A stretch of DNA of 64,000 bases, from IMG/VR virus record IMGVR_UViG_3300028886_000036, positions 64,001 to 128,000 of that record; one strand, given 5' to 3'. The DNA comes from a virus (Duplodnaviria > Caudoviricetes). The notes below the pieces were generated by a model. It did no database searches. It saw only the letters and a program-made list of their open reading frames with translations, and was not told where the DNA came from. Position 1 is the stretch's first letter, and each line of letters begins with the position of its first letter. Made by a program: the position numbers and the translations under genes. Below, one piece after another: positions 9,499 to 19,249 of this stretch.

Positions 9499-12400
9499 AT
9501 GCCTACTAAATTAAAGATAAAACAAATTTATCCCGAACCTATTTCAACTTCAGAAGTTGAAAATAATTATGTTGATTTAAATACTGTACAAGTTATTACG
9601 GAAGAAAAACATTTCCAAAAAAGTTTTACATTAACAAGAGATACTTCTACATTTAATTGGCAAGATATTGTTAAATTTAATGGAGAGCCAGTAGAAGGTG
9701 ATTATAATAGAGTTGGTTCAATTAGATTCTCTACTAATCTAACTACTCAAGCTCACACTGTTGCATTAAATGCAATTACTAAAGGAGAATCTGATACTAA
9801 CGCAACTTTCGGAACTATTTCTGTAAGCATATTACCGGATAAAACTGTTTCTACTTATGCACCAACTCCAGCTACTTCAGATAATTCTACTCAAATAGCT
9901 ACAACAGCCTATGTTAAGTCTAATTTATCAAGTTATTTACCACTTGCTGGTGGTACAACTACGGGATCGATAAAATGCGTAGCTAAAAATTTAGGGTCTA
10001 CTTACGTTAATGCAGCTAAAGACACTGGAGCTATTATAAGTATGACAAATACAGATAGTTTTGGTGCTTGGCTAAGTGGATATACTAAATCATATAAAGT
10101 CGCTTTAGCTACTTATCCTGGTACTAATGAAGAGGTTCAATTATATTCTATAACTAAAGATAATGTAACTGCCGGTACAAATACTGCGAATAAATTTTTG
10201 AGATGGAATGCTAGTACAGGTGCTTTAATTGCCGACAGTTTTAGTGGAGCTTTAACAGGAAATGTTACAGGAAATTGCTCTGGTACGGCAGCTAATGTTA
10301 CAGGCACAGTTGCTATAGCTAATGGTGGTACCGGAGCTACTACAAGATTAAATGCGTGTAAGGCTTTAACTAACGAGAATGTTGGATCATCACCAAATTA
10401 TTTTATTACTATGACATCTTCATGGGGTAAATTTGGATATACTTCAATAGCAGATGCTAAAACTGCATTAGGCCTTAAATCTGCGGCATATACTGAAAGT
10501 TCAGCATATGCTACTTCAGGTCACACACATAGTTATTTACCATTATCTGGGGGTACTCTAACAGGTGCTCTTAGTACTAACTCAGATATAAACTTAACTG
10601 ATGGAAAAATTATGGTAACTACTAATAGTACTGTAGCTGAGCACACTACATCGATAATACAAGCCACTACTGGAACTAATGATTCATGGCGAATAGCTTC
10701 AGGAGCAACGGCTGCAAATGCTGGTTTCATGGAAATAGCTACAGCGGATGATGGAACTGAACCAATCTATGTAAGACAATATAGTGGAACATATACAACT
10801 TTAAAAAGAACTGCTACTATATTAGATGCTTCTGGTAATACATCATTTCCAGGCACAGTTACAGCTCCAACATTTAGTGGCAGCTTAAGTGGAACAGCAT
10901 CTTATGCGTATAATATAGCTGCACAAAAAATTTCAAGCCTAACTAAAGGAACAAAACCAAGTTCAACTGTATGGACATCTAGTTGGCTTAAATGCGATAG
11001 TGCTGGTACGGCTACAGCTAATAGATTAGGTGAATTAAGATCCTTTGTAGATTCAAGTGGAACTACCGGTTATGAAATGCTTTCTTATGATTATACATCT
11101 GGAGCTACTAGTGCAGGAACACTTGGAATTTATAAACCATTAGGCGGTACTGCATATACAGCTGCTCCTACTCCAGCCACTTCTGATAATAGTACAAAAA
11201 TAGCTACTACTGCGTATGTTAAAGCTCAAGGATATATTACTTCGTCAGGAAGTATAACTGGAAATGCTTCTACAGCTACTGAATTTTCAGCAAGTAAGTC
11301 TGTTACATTAACTGGTGCTATTACAGGAACTGCATCAAGTAAAGCTGGGTGGTCTGTTGCGACATCCAGAAAATCGTGTAATGTCGGACAATCTGGATCA
11401 TCTACTACTAATCCTTGGTATAAAGTGGCTACGGTTGATTTGTCTTCAACAGCTAATTATGACGCTTCAATAGATTTATTGGTTGAAGATACATATAGCA
11501 GCCATAAATATGGTATATTAAAAGCACATATTAGAACTGATGGTGACAAAAAAGTTGCAACTACTGCAACGGAGTTAACATGGTTGACACATACGGGATT
11601 TACTTTAGCCGATTTTGTTTTAGTATGCCCCACAACTGCAGGTCCTACCTGTGAATTATGGACCAAAATAGCTACTGGATATATGTATAGAAAATTTACA
11701 GTTTTATCTGAAGGTAATCGAAGCACATTTAGTAATAGTCTGTGGACACTCTTAAATGCCTCTTCTGCTGGTCAAGCTGCTAGTATAACAACTTCTGGAA
11801 CTCAGATTGTTTCAACTAATGCGAACGTTGCTAATAACGCCGCAAATGTTACAGGTACCGTTGCTATAGCTAATGGTGGTACCGGAGCTACCACTAGATT
11901 AAATGCAGCTAAGGCACTAACAAACGAAAATGTTGGTTCCTCCCCAAATTATTTTATTACTATGACTACTTCATGGGGAAAATTTGGGTATACATCTGTA
12001 GCGGATGCTAAAACTGCTTTAGGTCTTAAATCAGCTGCATATACTGAAAGTTCGGCATACGCTACTTCAGGGCATACACATAGTTATCTTCCGCTTTCTG
12101 GAGGAACATTAACTAATAGCTTTTATATACAATCTTCTGGAATTACTAGAGGCACTGCCCCATCTGCTAATAAGTTCATGACTTGGGGATGTAAAGACTC
12201 TGCAGGCGCCTATATTGGGGCGTTTGAAGCAGGATATTATACTAATAAATCTTCTAAAGTGGCTATGTATGCATATAATACAACTGCCGCTACTGGTAAT
12301 AATATAGGTAGTTTAGGCATAGGATGTGATACTTCTGGTAATGTTTATACGTGGGGGCCAACACCAGCCGCAACTGATAATAGTACTAAGCTAGCTACTA

Positions 12401-12846
12401 CAGCTTTCGTTAATAGTAGATTACCATATGAAGTTGGTACTTGGACCCCAACGATGTCTGGAAGTACTACTGCTGGAGCTTTTACTTATTCATATACTGG
12501 CAGTGGTAAAAGATGTTTTTATGTTAAATTCGGTAAATTAATATTTTTAAGAGCAGCATTTATGTATACTATTACAACTGCCCCAGCTGGAGAAGTTAGA
12601 ATAAATGGAGCACCATATGTTTCAAATAGTTATTTTTCTGCTCTAGCAGGTGGTAACACTAGACGTTGGGACACTACACAGATCGGTTATAATAAATCAT
12701 ATTTAATTGCACGAATTAGAAAAGTAGATGGTACAAGTGCGCAGACTACTATTAATTGGGGGTCGAGTGATACAAATACTACGTGGTCTAATGCAGTTAA
12801 TTCAACGGACTGGATTATATTTAGTATTTGGTATGAGACATCGTAG
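9499..12846 (+). CDS. Tail fibre protein
   Basis: T/S/A/G-rich; repeated APTPATSDNSTKIATTAYV and YLPLxGGT fibre motifs; HTH metal-binding motifs; C-terminal YEVGTWTP..YVKFGKLIF receptor-binding-like domain. Confidence 0.85.
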   Translation: MPTKLKIKQIYPEPISTSEVENNYVDLNTVQVITEEKHFQKSFTLTRDTSTFNWQDIVKFNGEPVEGDYNRVGSIRFSTNLTTQAHTVALNAITKGESDTNATFGTISVSILPDKTVSTYAPTPATSDNSTQIATTAYVKSNLSSYLPLAGGTTTGSIKCVAKNLGSTYVNAAKDTGAIISMTNTDSFGAWLSGYTKSYKVALATYPGTNEEVQLYSITKDNVTAGTNTANKFLRWNASTGALIADSFSGALTGNVTGNCSGTAANVTGTVAIANGGTGATTRLNACKALTNENVGSSPNYFITMTSSWGKFGYTSIADAKTALGLKSAAYTESSAYATSGHTHSYLPLSGGTLTGALSTNSDINLTDGKIMVTTNSTVAEHTTSIIQATTGTNDSWRIASGATAANAGFMEIATADDGTEPIYVRQYSGTYTTLKRTATILDASGNTSFPGTVTAPTFSGSLSGTASYAYNIAAQKISSLTKGTKPSSTVWTSSWLKCDSAGTATANRLGELRSFVDSSGTTGYEMLSYDYTSGATSAGTLGIYKPLGGTAYTAAPTPATSDNSTKIATTAYVKAQGYITSSGSITGNASTATEFSASKSVTLTGAITGTASSKAGWSVATSRKSCNVGQSGSSTTNPWYKVATVDLSSTANYDASIDLLVEDTYSSHKYGILKAHIRTDGDKKVATTATELTWLTHTGFTLADFVLVCPTTAGPTCELWTKIATGYMYRKFTVLSEGNRSTFSNSLWTLLNASSAGQAASITTSGTQIVSTNANVANNAANVTGTVAIANGGTGATTRLNAAKALTNENVGSSPNYFITMTTSWGKFGYTSVADAKTALGLKSAAYTESSAYATSGHTHSYLPLSGGTLTNSFYIQSSGITRGTAPSANKFMTWGCKDSAGAYIGAFEAGYYTNKSSKVAMYAYNTTAATGNNIGSLGIGCDTSGNVYTWGPTPAATDNSTKLATTAFVNSRLPYEVGTWTPTMSGSTTAGAFTYSYTGSGKRCFYVKFGKLIFLRAAFMYTITTAPAGEVRINGAPYVSNSYFSALAGGNTRRWDTTQIGYNKSYLIARIRKVDGTSAQTTINWGSSDTNTTWSNAVNSTDWIIFSIWYETS
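10288..10563 (+). repeat. Fibre module, copy 1 (~92 aa)
   Basis: AANVTGTVAIANGGTGATTRLNA...GHTHSYLPLSGGTLT; near-identical copy at 11839-12114 and a diverged copy at ~46760-47043. Confidence 0.85.
11839..12114 (+). repeat. Fibre module, copy 2
   Basis: About three amino-acid differences from copy 1 but many synonymous changes. Confidence 0.85.
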
Positions 12847-12917
12847 AATTAATTAAAATATAACAAGAATATAACAATAAATTAAAACTTTAAAGTAAAG
12901 TGTGGTGATGAGATAAT

Positions 12918-15900
12918 ATGGCAATTGGAAGTGTTTGGGCAGATGTTCCTGTAGTTAGGGGTAGTGATGAGTATGGTATTGGCGCTGATTTTATTACAGC
13001 CCAAGTTAATACAGAACAAAACGAAGCTTTACAATCTAGAGATATTTACTTACTTAACAAGTTTAAAGAGTATTATGATAAAGCTCACATAGATAACTTA
13101 TTCAGTAGATACAGTACTAATCTTGATTGGAAGGAAACTTTAAATAGTTATGAAGATATTATTGAGAAATACCCTGCTGGATTAAACTGGAAATCTGATG
13201 TTAATACTTATAGTGACTTATTTACGTTGCCAGCTGAAAATGATGCTGTAGTTAATGTAAAAGATGTTCAGGACAAGTATTATTTTATTTATTTTAAACC
13301 AGATGAAGATTCTGAAGGCGCTTGGACTCAGATAGATCCTAATGCTTATAATAATAATATAGTTGAGGAGCTTCCAGCATACCCATACATTTATTTAAAT
13401 GGGTATTGGCAAGAGTTAAATATAGATGAGTTTTCTGAATTAGAACAGTCTAAATTTTTACCGAAAGGATCTGTAAGTAGTTATGGTGAAATAGCCACTA
13501 CTTATCCCGAACCAGAAGATTATTGGGTAGTTAATGTAGTAGATCCTAATAAAGACTTCTTATTCAAAGGACAAGTAGATTATTATGAAGATATAGCTAC
13601 TGAATATCCAGAACCGGAACATAATTGGTTGGTAGAAGTTATCAATCCAGATAATAATTGTACTTATAAGTATAATGAAGAAAACAATAAATGGGAAAGA
13701 TTTGGTGAAAAGTATAAACCAGAAGATGGATGGGTTGTTAATACTATAGACACTAATTATACTTATAGATATGATATAGAAAGTGACTCTTGGATTGCAA
13801 TTAGTGCTAATGCTATTCCTTTAGCTACTGAAGAAAATGATGGTTTATTAAGTAAAGAAGATTATGCCTATATTAGACAAATAGAGGGAGAAATACTTCC
13901 TAATATCTATTTGGCTATAAATGAATTAGAGCAAAAGATGTTCCCATTAGGAACTATAGTTCCTTATGCTTTTGATACAAACACTCCTCCACCTGGTTTT
14001 GTTTTTGCTGAAGGCTTATTATTAAGACGTGACGAATATCCTGATATGTGGGAAAGATTATATAAAGAACCTACAGATGATGATCCTGGATATGATTTTA
14101 CAGTTGCTGATTATTTAAAAGATGAATATCCAGGTAAATTTACAAATGGTGATGGAGAGACTACATTTAGAACTCCTGATTTAAGAGGATGTTTCTTAAG
14201 AGGATTAGATTTAGGTAAAGGCTATGAAAAATATGAAAGACCATTTGGCTCTTATCAAAACGATGGAATAGGAGAACACGATTATGAATTAGAAGTTACT
14301 GGAGTTGGATCTGTAGACGAACCTGCAATTGAAGGCCATAGATTAACTATAGCTGGAACAACACCTAATGCTATTTCAGAAACTTCTATAATAAAAGTTC
14401 ATACTTCTGCAGATGCTGAAACTAGACCAAAGAATATCGCTGTTAGGTTTATAGTTAAAGTTATTCCAACTGAAAACTTACCAACAATGGCAGATAATAA
14501 TGCTCCTACTATTGTTGTACCTATAGATGCTGATACTCTTAATGGACATCCTTCATCTATATCTGCTACTCCGGGAGCAATACCAGTTGCAGACAATAAT
14601 GGTAAATTAGATAACTCTTGGTTTAATTTAGATTCTATCTCTACAGAAAACTTTGTTCAAAGAAATGAAGTTTCTAGAAAAGATGCTTCTCCAGCAGAAT
14701 CTTCTAATTTAATTCCAGTATTGAATGACTCTGGGTATGCTGATGGATGGATTAGTTTAGTTACTGAAGAAGATGTTGATAAATGGATTAGATTCTTTAG
14801 TAATGATAATTATGATATTTCAGAAGAATCTTATGATGATTCAAGAGATCTTGAAAAGAACTTCTTAACACAAAAGAAATTTGTTAAGTTCTTAATTGGC
14901 TTAAAAGAGTTTATTAATACATTTAAACAGCATTATACTACTGAAGATATAACTCCTACTAATGAGCGTGGATATATTTCTAATGCTGAAAGAATTAAGT
15001 ATAGTGATAAATACACCAAGAATGAGACATATGAACTATTATATAATTTCTTATTAAGTTATATACCATTATCAGATGCTACTACTATACCAACTCCTGG
15101 TAAAATACCTATTGCTTTAGATGATGGTAAGTTAGATCCAGGTTGGATGTCAGATCTTTTCCTTAATAAGATAGGTGAAGATGGTGATACTGGTTATGCC
15201 GAAATAAGTGGTAGTAAAGATGTTCATATTAGAGGTGGTATAGTTGATAACACCTTAACTGGTTCTGTCAACTTACAAGGCGGTGGAACTTATAGCGTAT
15301 CATCAATATCTCCAGCTAAAGCAGTTGTATCAGGATATGATGCAGTTGAAAATAGGGGCGGTAATGTTGAGATATATGCTGGAAATGGTGGAGAAAACTT
15401 ATCATCTATTGGTGGATCAATAATATTACAATCTGGTTCTGGTAATTCTTATAATGGTACGGTAGATATTAACAATATTAAAGTAAACAAGAATAACACT
15501 ATTTATACTAATGAATTGAATTTAAGATTACAACAAAATGATGGTATTAACAATACTAACTATTTAGAATTAACCAATTCTGGGTTATCTTATGTGCATG
15601 ATAATTTAGTTAATGATAGTGATGATTTTGAGTTTACTCTTAATAATAATGGTACTGTAACTACTAATAGACCTAATGTATCTAATGGATTAACAATTCT
15701 TAATAATAACGCATTAGTTCCATTTGAGAATCTTCCTAAAACAGCTTTAGTTAATAATCTGGGAGATATTCTTCAGAACCAAGTTATAAATACCAATTTA
15801 GGTAATGTAATAGTTGCAGATATTGATCAGTCTACTACATTAACTATTGATGATGGTGTTTATACAAATGAAGCTAAAGAACTTACATTTGTTCTTACTA

Positions 15901-17009
15901 TGAAAGGCTTGTATAACATTACTTGGCCTGTCAATGTTAATTGGATGTCTGGTGTTAAACCTAGTATTGATTATGGTGAAACGGCTATTATAAAATTATT
16001 TAGAGTAGATAATGGTGAATGGATTGGATGGAAAGTAGGAGATAGTGTAAGTACTACTGGTACTTCTAAAGAAATTATAATAGATAAATATGAGGAACCA
16101 TTAAATGATTTTACTGGTACTGTACATAAGTATATTAGCAATATAACTTGGGCATCTGGTCAAGAACCACCTAAAGAAGATAGTTCAGTTTATATTGAAA
16201 CTAACGATATTGCCCCTGGAGAATCTGCTAATATTGTTGTTAGAGTTCCTTCAGATGCATATGGTACTATTACAGTTACTGTTACTAATGCAGACACCAC
16301 TGATGAAGTATACAATGAAACTATAACTCTTATAAATACAAGTAATACAATTGTTATACCCAATTTAACAATTGGTGATTATTTAATTGAAGCTACATAT
16401 TCTGGTAATGAATTCTATAATAGTAGTAGCGTTAACGCAGCTCTTTCAGTAAAGAAGCTGGATACATCTATTATTATATCTGCTCCTACAGAGGCTACAG
16501 TTAATGATAGATTAACAGTAGCTGTCAATGTTGCTGAAGATGCTACTGGAAGAATACTGATTAATATGCAGGATGAAGAGAATGCTAGTGCAAATATGAC
16601 TAATAATAGAATTCAAGAGAATGGTACTGTAACTGCTACAGTAAGAGCTGTGTATGGTGGTATTAATATTATTACTGCAGATTACACAGGAGATGATAGA
16701 TACAACAGTGCTCATGCTGAACAGATTGTTATGGTTGAAAAGTTACCTACATCGTGCTCAATTGATGCAGATAATATTACCGCTGGAGAAGATGCTTATA
16801 TTACTGTTAACGTAACTCCAATTGAAGCTACTGGTGATGTTACTATATCTCTTGATACAGGAGAAACTAGAGTAGCTGAGATAGTAAGTGGCAGTGTTAA
16901 CTTTGCTATATCAGATTTAGAAGTTGGCAATAGAGTTATTACAGCAGAGTTTAGTGGTGATAGAAAGTATAGCTCCAGCACTAATACAGCAGAATTTACA
17001 GTGAGTTAA
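12918..17009 (+). CDS. Tail fibre/collar protein with C-terminal Ig-like repeats
   Basis: FPLGTIVPY..PPGFVFAEG..TFRTPDLRGCFLRG..ETRPKNIAVRFIVK collar domain; three C-terminal Ig-like repeats (ATYSGNEFYNSS / ADYTGDDRYNSA / AEFSGDRKYSSS). Confidence 0.8.
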   Translation: MAIGSVWADVPVVRGSDEYGIGADFITAQVNTEQNEALQSRDIYLLNKFKEYYDKAHIDNLFSRYSTNLDWKETLNSYEDIIEKYPAGLNWKSDVNTYSDLFTLPAENDAVVNVKDVQDKYYFIYFKPDEDSEGAWTQIDPNAYNNNIVEELPAYPYIYLNGYWQELNIDEFSELEQSKFLPKGSVSSYGEIATTYPEPEDYWVVNVVDPNKDFLFKGQVDYYEDIATEYPEPEHNWLVEVINPDNNCTYKYNEENNKWERFGEKYKPEDGWVVNTIDTNYTYRYDIESDSWIAISANAIPLATEENDGLLSKEDYAYIRQIEGEILPNIYLAINELEQKMFPLGTIVPYAFDTNTPPPGFVFAEGLLLRRDEYPDMWERLYKEPTDDDPGYDFTVADYLKDEYPGKFTNGDGETTFRTPDLRGCFLRGLDLGKGYEKYERPFGSYQNDGIGEHDYELEVTGVGSVDEPAIEGHRLTIAGTTPNAISETSIIKVHTSADAETRPKNIAVRFIVKVIPTENLPTMADNNAPTIVVPIDADTLNGHPSSISATPGAIPVADNNGKLDNSWFNLDSISTENFVQRNEVSRKDASPAESSNLIPVLNDSGYADGWISLVTEEDVDKWIRFFSNDNYDISEESYDDSRDLEKNFLTQKKFVKFLIGLKEFINTFKQHYTTEDITPTNERGYISNAERIKYSDKYTKNETYELLYNFLLSYIPLSDATTIPTPGKIPIALDDGKLDPGWMSDLFLNKIGEDGDTGYAEISGSKDVHIRGGIVDNTLTGSVNLQGGGTYSVSSISPAKAVVSGYDAVENRGGNVEIYAGNGGENLSSIGGSIILQSGSGNSYNGTVDINNIKVNKNNTIYTNELNLRLQQNDGINNTNYLELTNSGLSYVHDNLVNDSDDFEFTLNNNGTVTTNRPNVSNGLTILNNNALVPFENLPKTALVNNLGDILQNQVINTNLGNVIVADIDQSTTLTIDDGVYTNEAKELTFVLTMKGLYNITWPVNVNWMSGVKPSIDYGETAIIKLFRVDNGEWIGWKVGDSVSTTGTSKEIIIDKYEEPLNDFTGTVHKYISNITWASGQEPPKEDSSVYIETNDIAPGESANIVVRVPSDAYGTITVTVTNADTTDEVYNETITLINTSNTIVIPNLTIGDYLIEATYSGNEFYNSSSVNAALSVKKLDTSIIISAPTEATVNDRLTVAVNVAEDATGRILINMQDEENASANMTNNRIQENGTVTATVRAVYGGINIITADYTGDDRYNSAHAEQIVMVEKLPTSCSIDADNITAGEDAYITVNVTPIEATGDVTISLDTGETRVAEIVSGSVNFAISDLEVGNRVITAEFSGDRKYSSSTNTAEFTVS

Positions 17010-17011
17010 TA

Positions 17012-17524
17012 ATGGGAACTCTTAGATATTTAAGAAAGGACTATCTTAGAGGTGATATTTTTAAGTCTATGAATGATAAGAGGTCTAATAAAATTAGACT
17101 TCCTAATGAAAACTTAGATCTTAATTCATCGCCAGTTCAGATAGATCCTCAAACGCAGTATCCTAATGTAGTATTTATTGATAATGTATTAGATAGTGAA
17201 GTCAACTATACTATGTTATATAATGCTAAAGTTGGTACTATAGTTCCAATTAAACTTGATGATGTATCTAATATGAAAAGTGACTGGATTAAATGCGATG
17301 GTAGTACTTATAATAAAGAACAATATCCTATGCTATTTGATTTATTGAAAGATGCTTTCTATAATGTAGATCTTAATGGTAACGAGACTCCAGTTTATAC
17401 TGATGAGTTTGTAGTACCTAAGATAGATAATAAGAAACTAGAGGATACTGAAGTAGTTTTTATGATCAAGGCAAAAGGTAGAGAAAAAGGTAATTACTAT
17501 TTAAAGAGAGATAATCAAACTTAA
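17012..17524 (+). CDS. Tail-collar domain protein
   Basis: VGTIVP..DWIKCDGSTYNKEQYPMLF..FVVPKI..FMIKA. Confidence 0.75.
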   Translation: MGTLRYLRKDYLRGDIFKSMNDKRSNKIRLPNENLDLNSSPVQIDPQTQYPNVVFIDNVLDSEVNYTMLYNAKVGTIVPIKLDDVSNMKSDWIKCDGSTYNKEQYPMLFDLLKDAFYNVDLNGNETPVYTDEFVVPKIDNKKLEDTEVVFMIKAKGREKGNYYLKRDNQT

Positions 17525-17537
17525 TCTCAATAAACAC

Positions 17538-17569
17538 AGACACTAGCTGTAACTGGCTAGTGTCTTTTT
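17538..17569 (+). terminator. Rho-independent terminator
   Basis: AGACACTAGC..GCTAGTGTCT hairpin followed by TTTT. Confidence 0.85.
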
Positions 17570-17575
17570 CTATTC

Positions 17576-17592
17576 TGAACAAATATGGAGAA
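17576..17592 (+). promoter_or_regulatory. Candidate phage late-promoter motif TGAACAAATATGGAGAA
   Basis: Recurring motif right after a terminator. Confidence 0.6.
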
Positions 17593-17630
17593 CTTTAATA
17601 TTGTCCTATAGTGGTGCTACTTAAAGCACT

Positions 17631-18131
17631 TTGATTAACTCCCATATAGGAGGGATGAAAGGAGAAATGCAATTACTTAAAAATAAAATACTTCTAGTAA
17701 AAGAATTAGCTCTTAGACTTTATCATAAAGCTAAGGGAGATAAAGTTGATGGGGAAGGTCTGCCGCCAATGTTAGACAAACCAAAGAAGTCTATTGAGTA
17801 TAGTAACCTGGTTAGAAGAATGCTGTTATTTATATTTACAGCACAATGGACTATGTTACTGCTTACTTCAGAAAGAATGTATTTAAAGCATGGAGATATT
17901 GGTGCTAATTGGACCAAATTACTTATAGCTATTGTTGGAATGATGTCTGTTATATTAGGTTTTTACTTTAGCGGTCAGTATTCAGATAGAAATAGCGAAG
18001 AATTTAAAAAACTCAAAGAGTATGATAATGATAGATTTGATGAATACAAAGAAGAAGTAAAAGAATTTGCAGAGGATACTAGTGTAACTCCTAAAGCAGT
18101 TTTAGATGAAGATAAAGAGGATGATGAATAA
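17631..18131 (+). CDS. Two-TM membrane protein, holin-like; true start probably a downstream ATG
   Basis: Two hydrophobic helices (MLLFIFTAQWTMLLL; LLIAIVGMMSVILGFYF) and an acidic C-terminal tail. Confidence 0.5.
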   Translation: MINSHIGGMKGEMQLLKNKILLVKELALRLYHKAKGDKVDGEGLPPMLDKPKKSIEYSNLVRRMLLFIFTAQWTMLLLTSERMYLKHGDIGANWTKLLIAIVGMMSVILGFYFSGQYSDRNSEEFKKLKEYDNDRFDEYKEEVKEFAEDTSVTPKAVLDEDKEDDE

Positions 18132-18925
18132 TGTTTAATAAATTACAGCAATGGTTATTGAAATTAATAGGTAGTAGATTTTCATCAGTATCTATTATAA
18201 TGGTCCTTGGGTTCTTATGTTACTATTTTAATATTTCTGCAGCTACCTTGTTTGAATGGTATCATGGGGATATTAGTAAACTTACTGTTGCACTTAGCGT
18301 TGGAGCTTTAGTTTCATTATATATTTCTGCGGATCTCATTATGAGTAGATTAAAACATATAGGTGATAAAGTAGATCGTCATGATGTGGTATTTAATTCA
18401 GCCGCATCTATTAATGAAGATAATAAAAAGAATTTAAAAGTGGTCCTTAAAAAGATTGACAGTATAATACAAGAACTTGGCAATAGTTCCAATGTAGTTA
18501 TTATACTGATACAGCAAAGCATCTATTTAGTTAGACCATCAATAGATATAGTTGCTAGCCAATATTTAGGTTTATCTGGAACTTTGAATGATCTTCAAAA
18601 ACAAGCCTTAAGAAAGCATATTGATAATGAGAAGATTAAATTTATTAGAAATATGTCTTACTTTGTTACTAGATTCTTTGATCCAGATTTAAGAACTACT
18701 ATGTTCAATCAAATGATTAAAACTAGTATTGACAAGGCCTTTGAAAGATGCTATGATGGTTTAGTAGAAATTTTAGATAATGGGGATACTGATTATGCTT
18801 CCAAATTATCTAAAGTTAGAGTAGTTGAAGATCAAATTGTACAAGACTTATTAAAAGGCGTTCTAAATATCGATTATGATATGATAGATCCTAAATTTAA
18901 AAGTAGGATGCCTGTTGACTTATAA
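18131..18925 (+). CDS. Membrane protein with two N-terminal TM segments
   Basis: Hydrophobic N-terminal helices; TAATG overlap with the upstream gene. Confidence 0.65.
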   Translation: MFNKLQQWLLKLIGSRFSSVSIIMVLGFLCYYFNISAATLFEWYHGDISKLTVALSVGALVSLYISADLIMSRLKHIGDKVDRHDVVFNSAASINEDNKKNLKVVLKKIDSIIQELGNSSNVVIILIQQSIYLVRPSIDIVASQYLGLSGTLNDLQKQALRKHIDNEKIKFIRNMSYFVTRFFDPDLRTTMFNQMIKTSIDKAFERCYDGLVEILDNGDTDYASKLSKVRVVEDQIVQDLLKGVLNIDYDMIDPKFKSRMPVDL

Positions 18926-18943
18926 GAAAGACGGTGATATAAT

Positions 18944-19234
18944 ATGCCAGGAGCTGCAAGATTAGGTGATAGTTGCACTGGTCATGGTTGATTTCCCAGT
19001 AGAGTTAACGTAGAAGGAAGTCACGATGTATATATAAATGGTATTCCAGCACATCGACAAGGAGATGGTTGGGCAGTCCATTGTTGTGGAAAATCCTGAC
19101 ACGGTAGCTCATTAGCTGCAGGTGCAGCTAGGGTATATGTTAATGGTAAACAATTGGGTTATATTGGTGCTCCAGTAGCCTGTGGGAGTTCAGTTTCTTC
19201 GGGTTCAAGCGATGTAATAGTTAATCCAGCTTAA
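18944..19234 (+). CDS. PAAR-repeat spike-tip protein (T4 gp5.4-like) with two in-frame TGA (putative selenocysteine) at codons 16 and 52
   Basis: MPGAARLGDSCTGHG*FPSRVNVEGSHDVYINGIPAHRQGDGWAVHCCGKS*HGSSLAAGAARVYVNGKQLGYIGAPVACGSSVSSGSSDVIVNPA; three PAAR-type repeats; SD GGTGA upstream; fills the gap between neighbouring genes; absent from the ORF track. Confidence 0.88.
19113..19130 (+). promoter_or_regulatory. Bacterial SECIS-like hairpin downstream of the second TGA
   Basis: TAGCTGC-AGGT-GCAGCTA perfect 7-bp stem starting 13 nt after TGA 19097-19099, with a GGU-containing loop. Confidence 0.65.
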
Positions 19235-19249
19235 GAAAGGAAGATTTAT

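Noticed and set aside
18944-19234. PAAR gene as a simple pseudogene
   Set aside because: No frameshifts, intact SD, start and stop, both stops are TGA at apparent Cys positions, and a SECIS-like hairpin is present; disfavoured but not formally excluded
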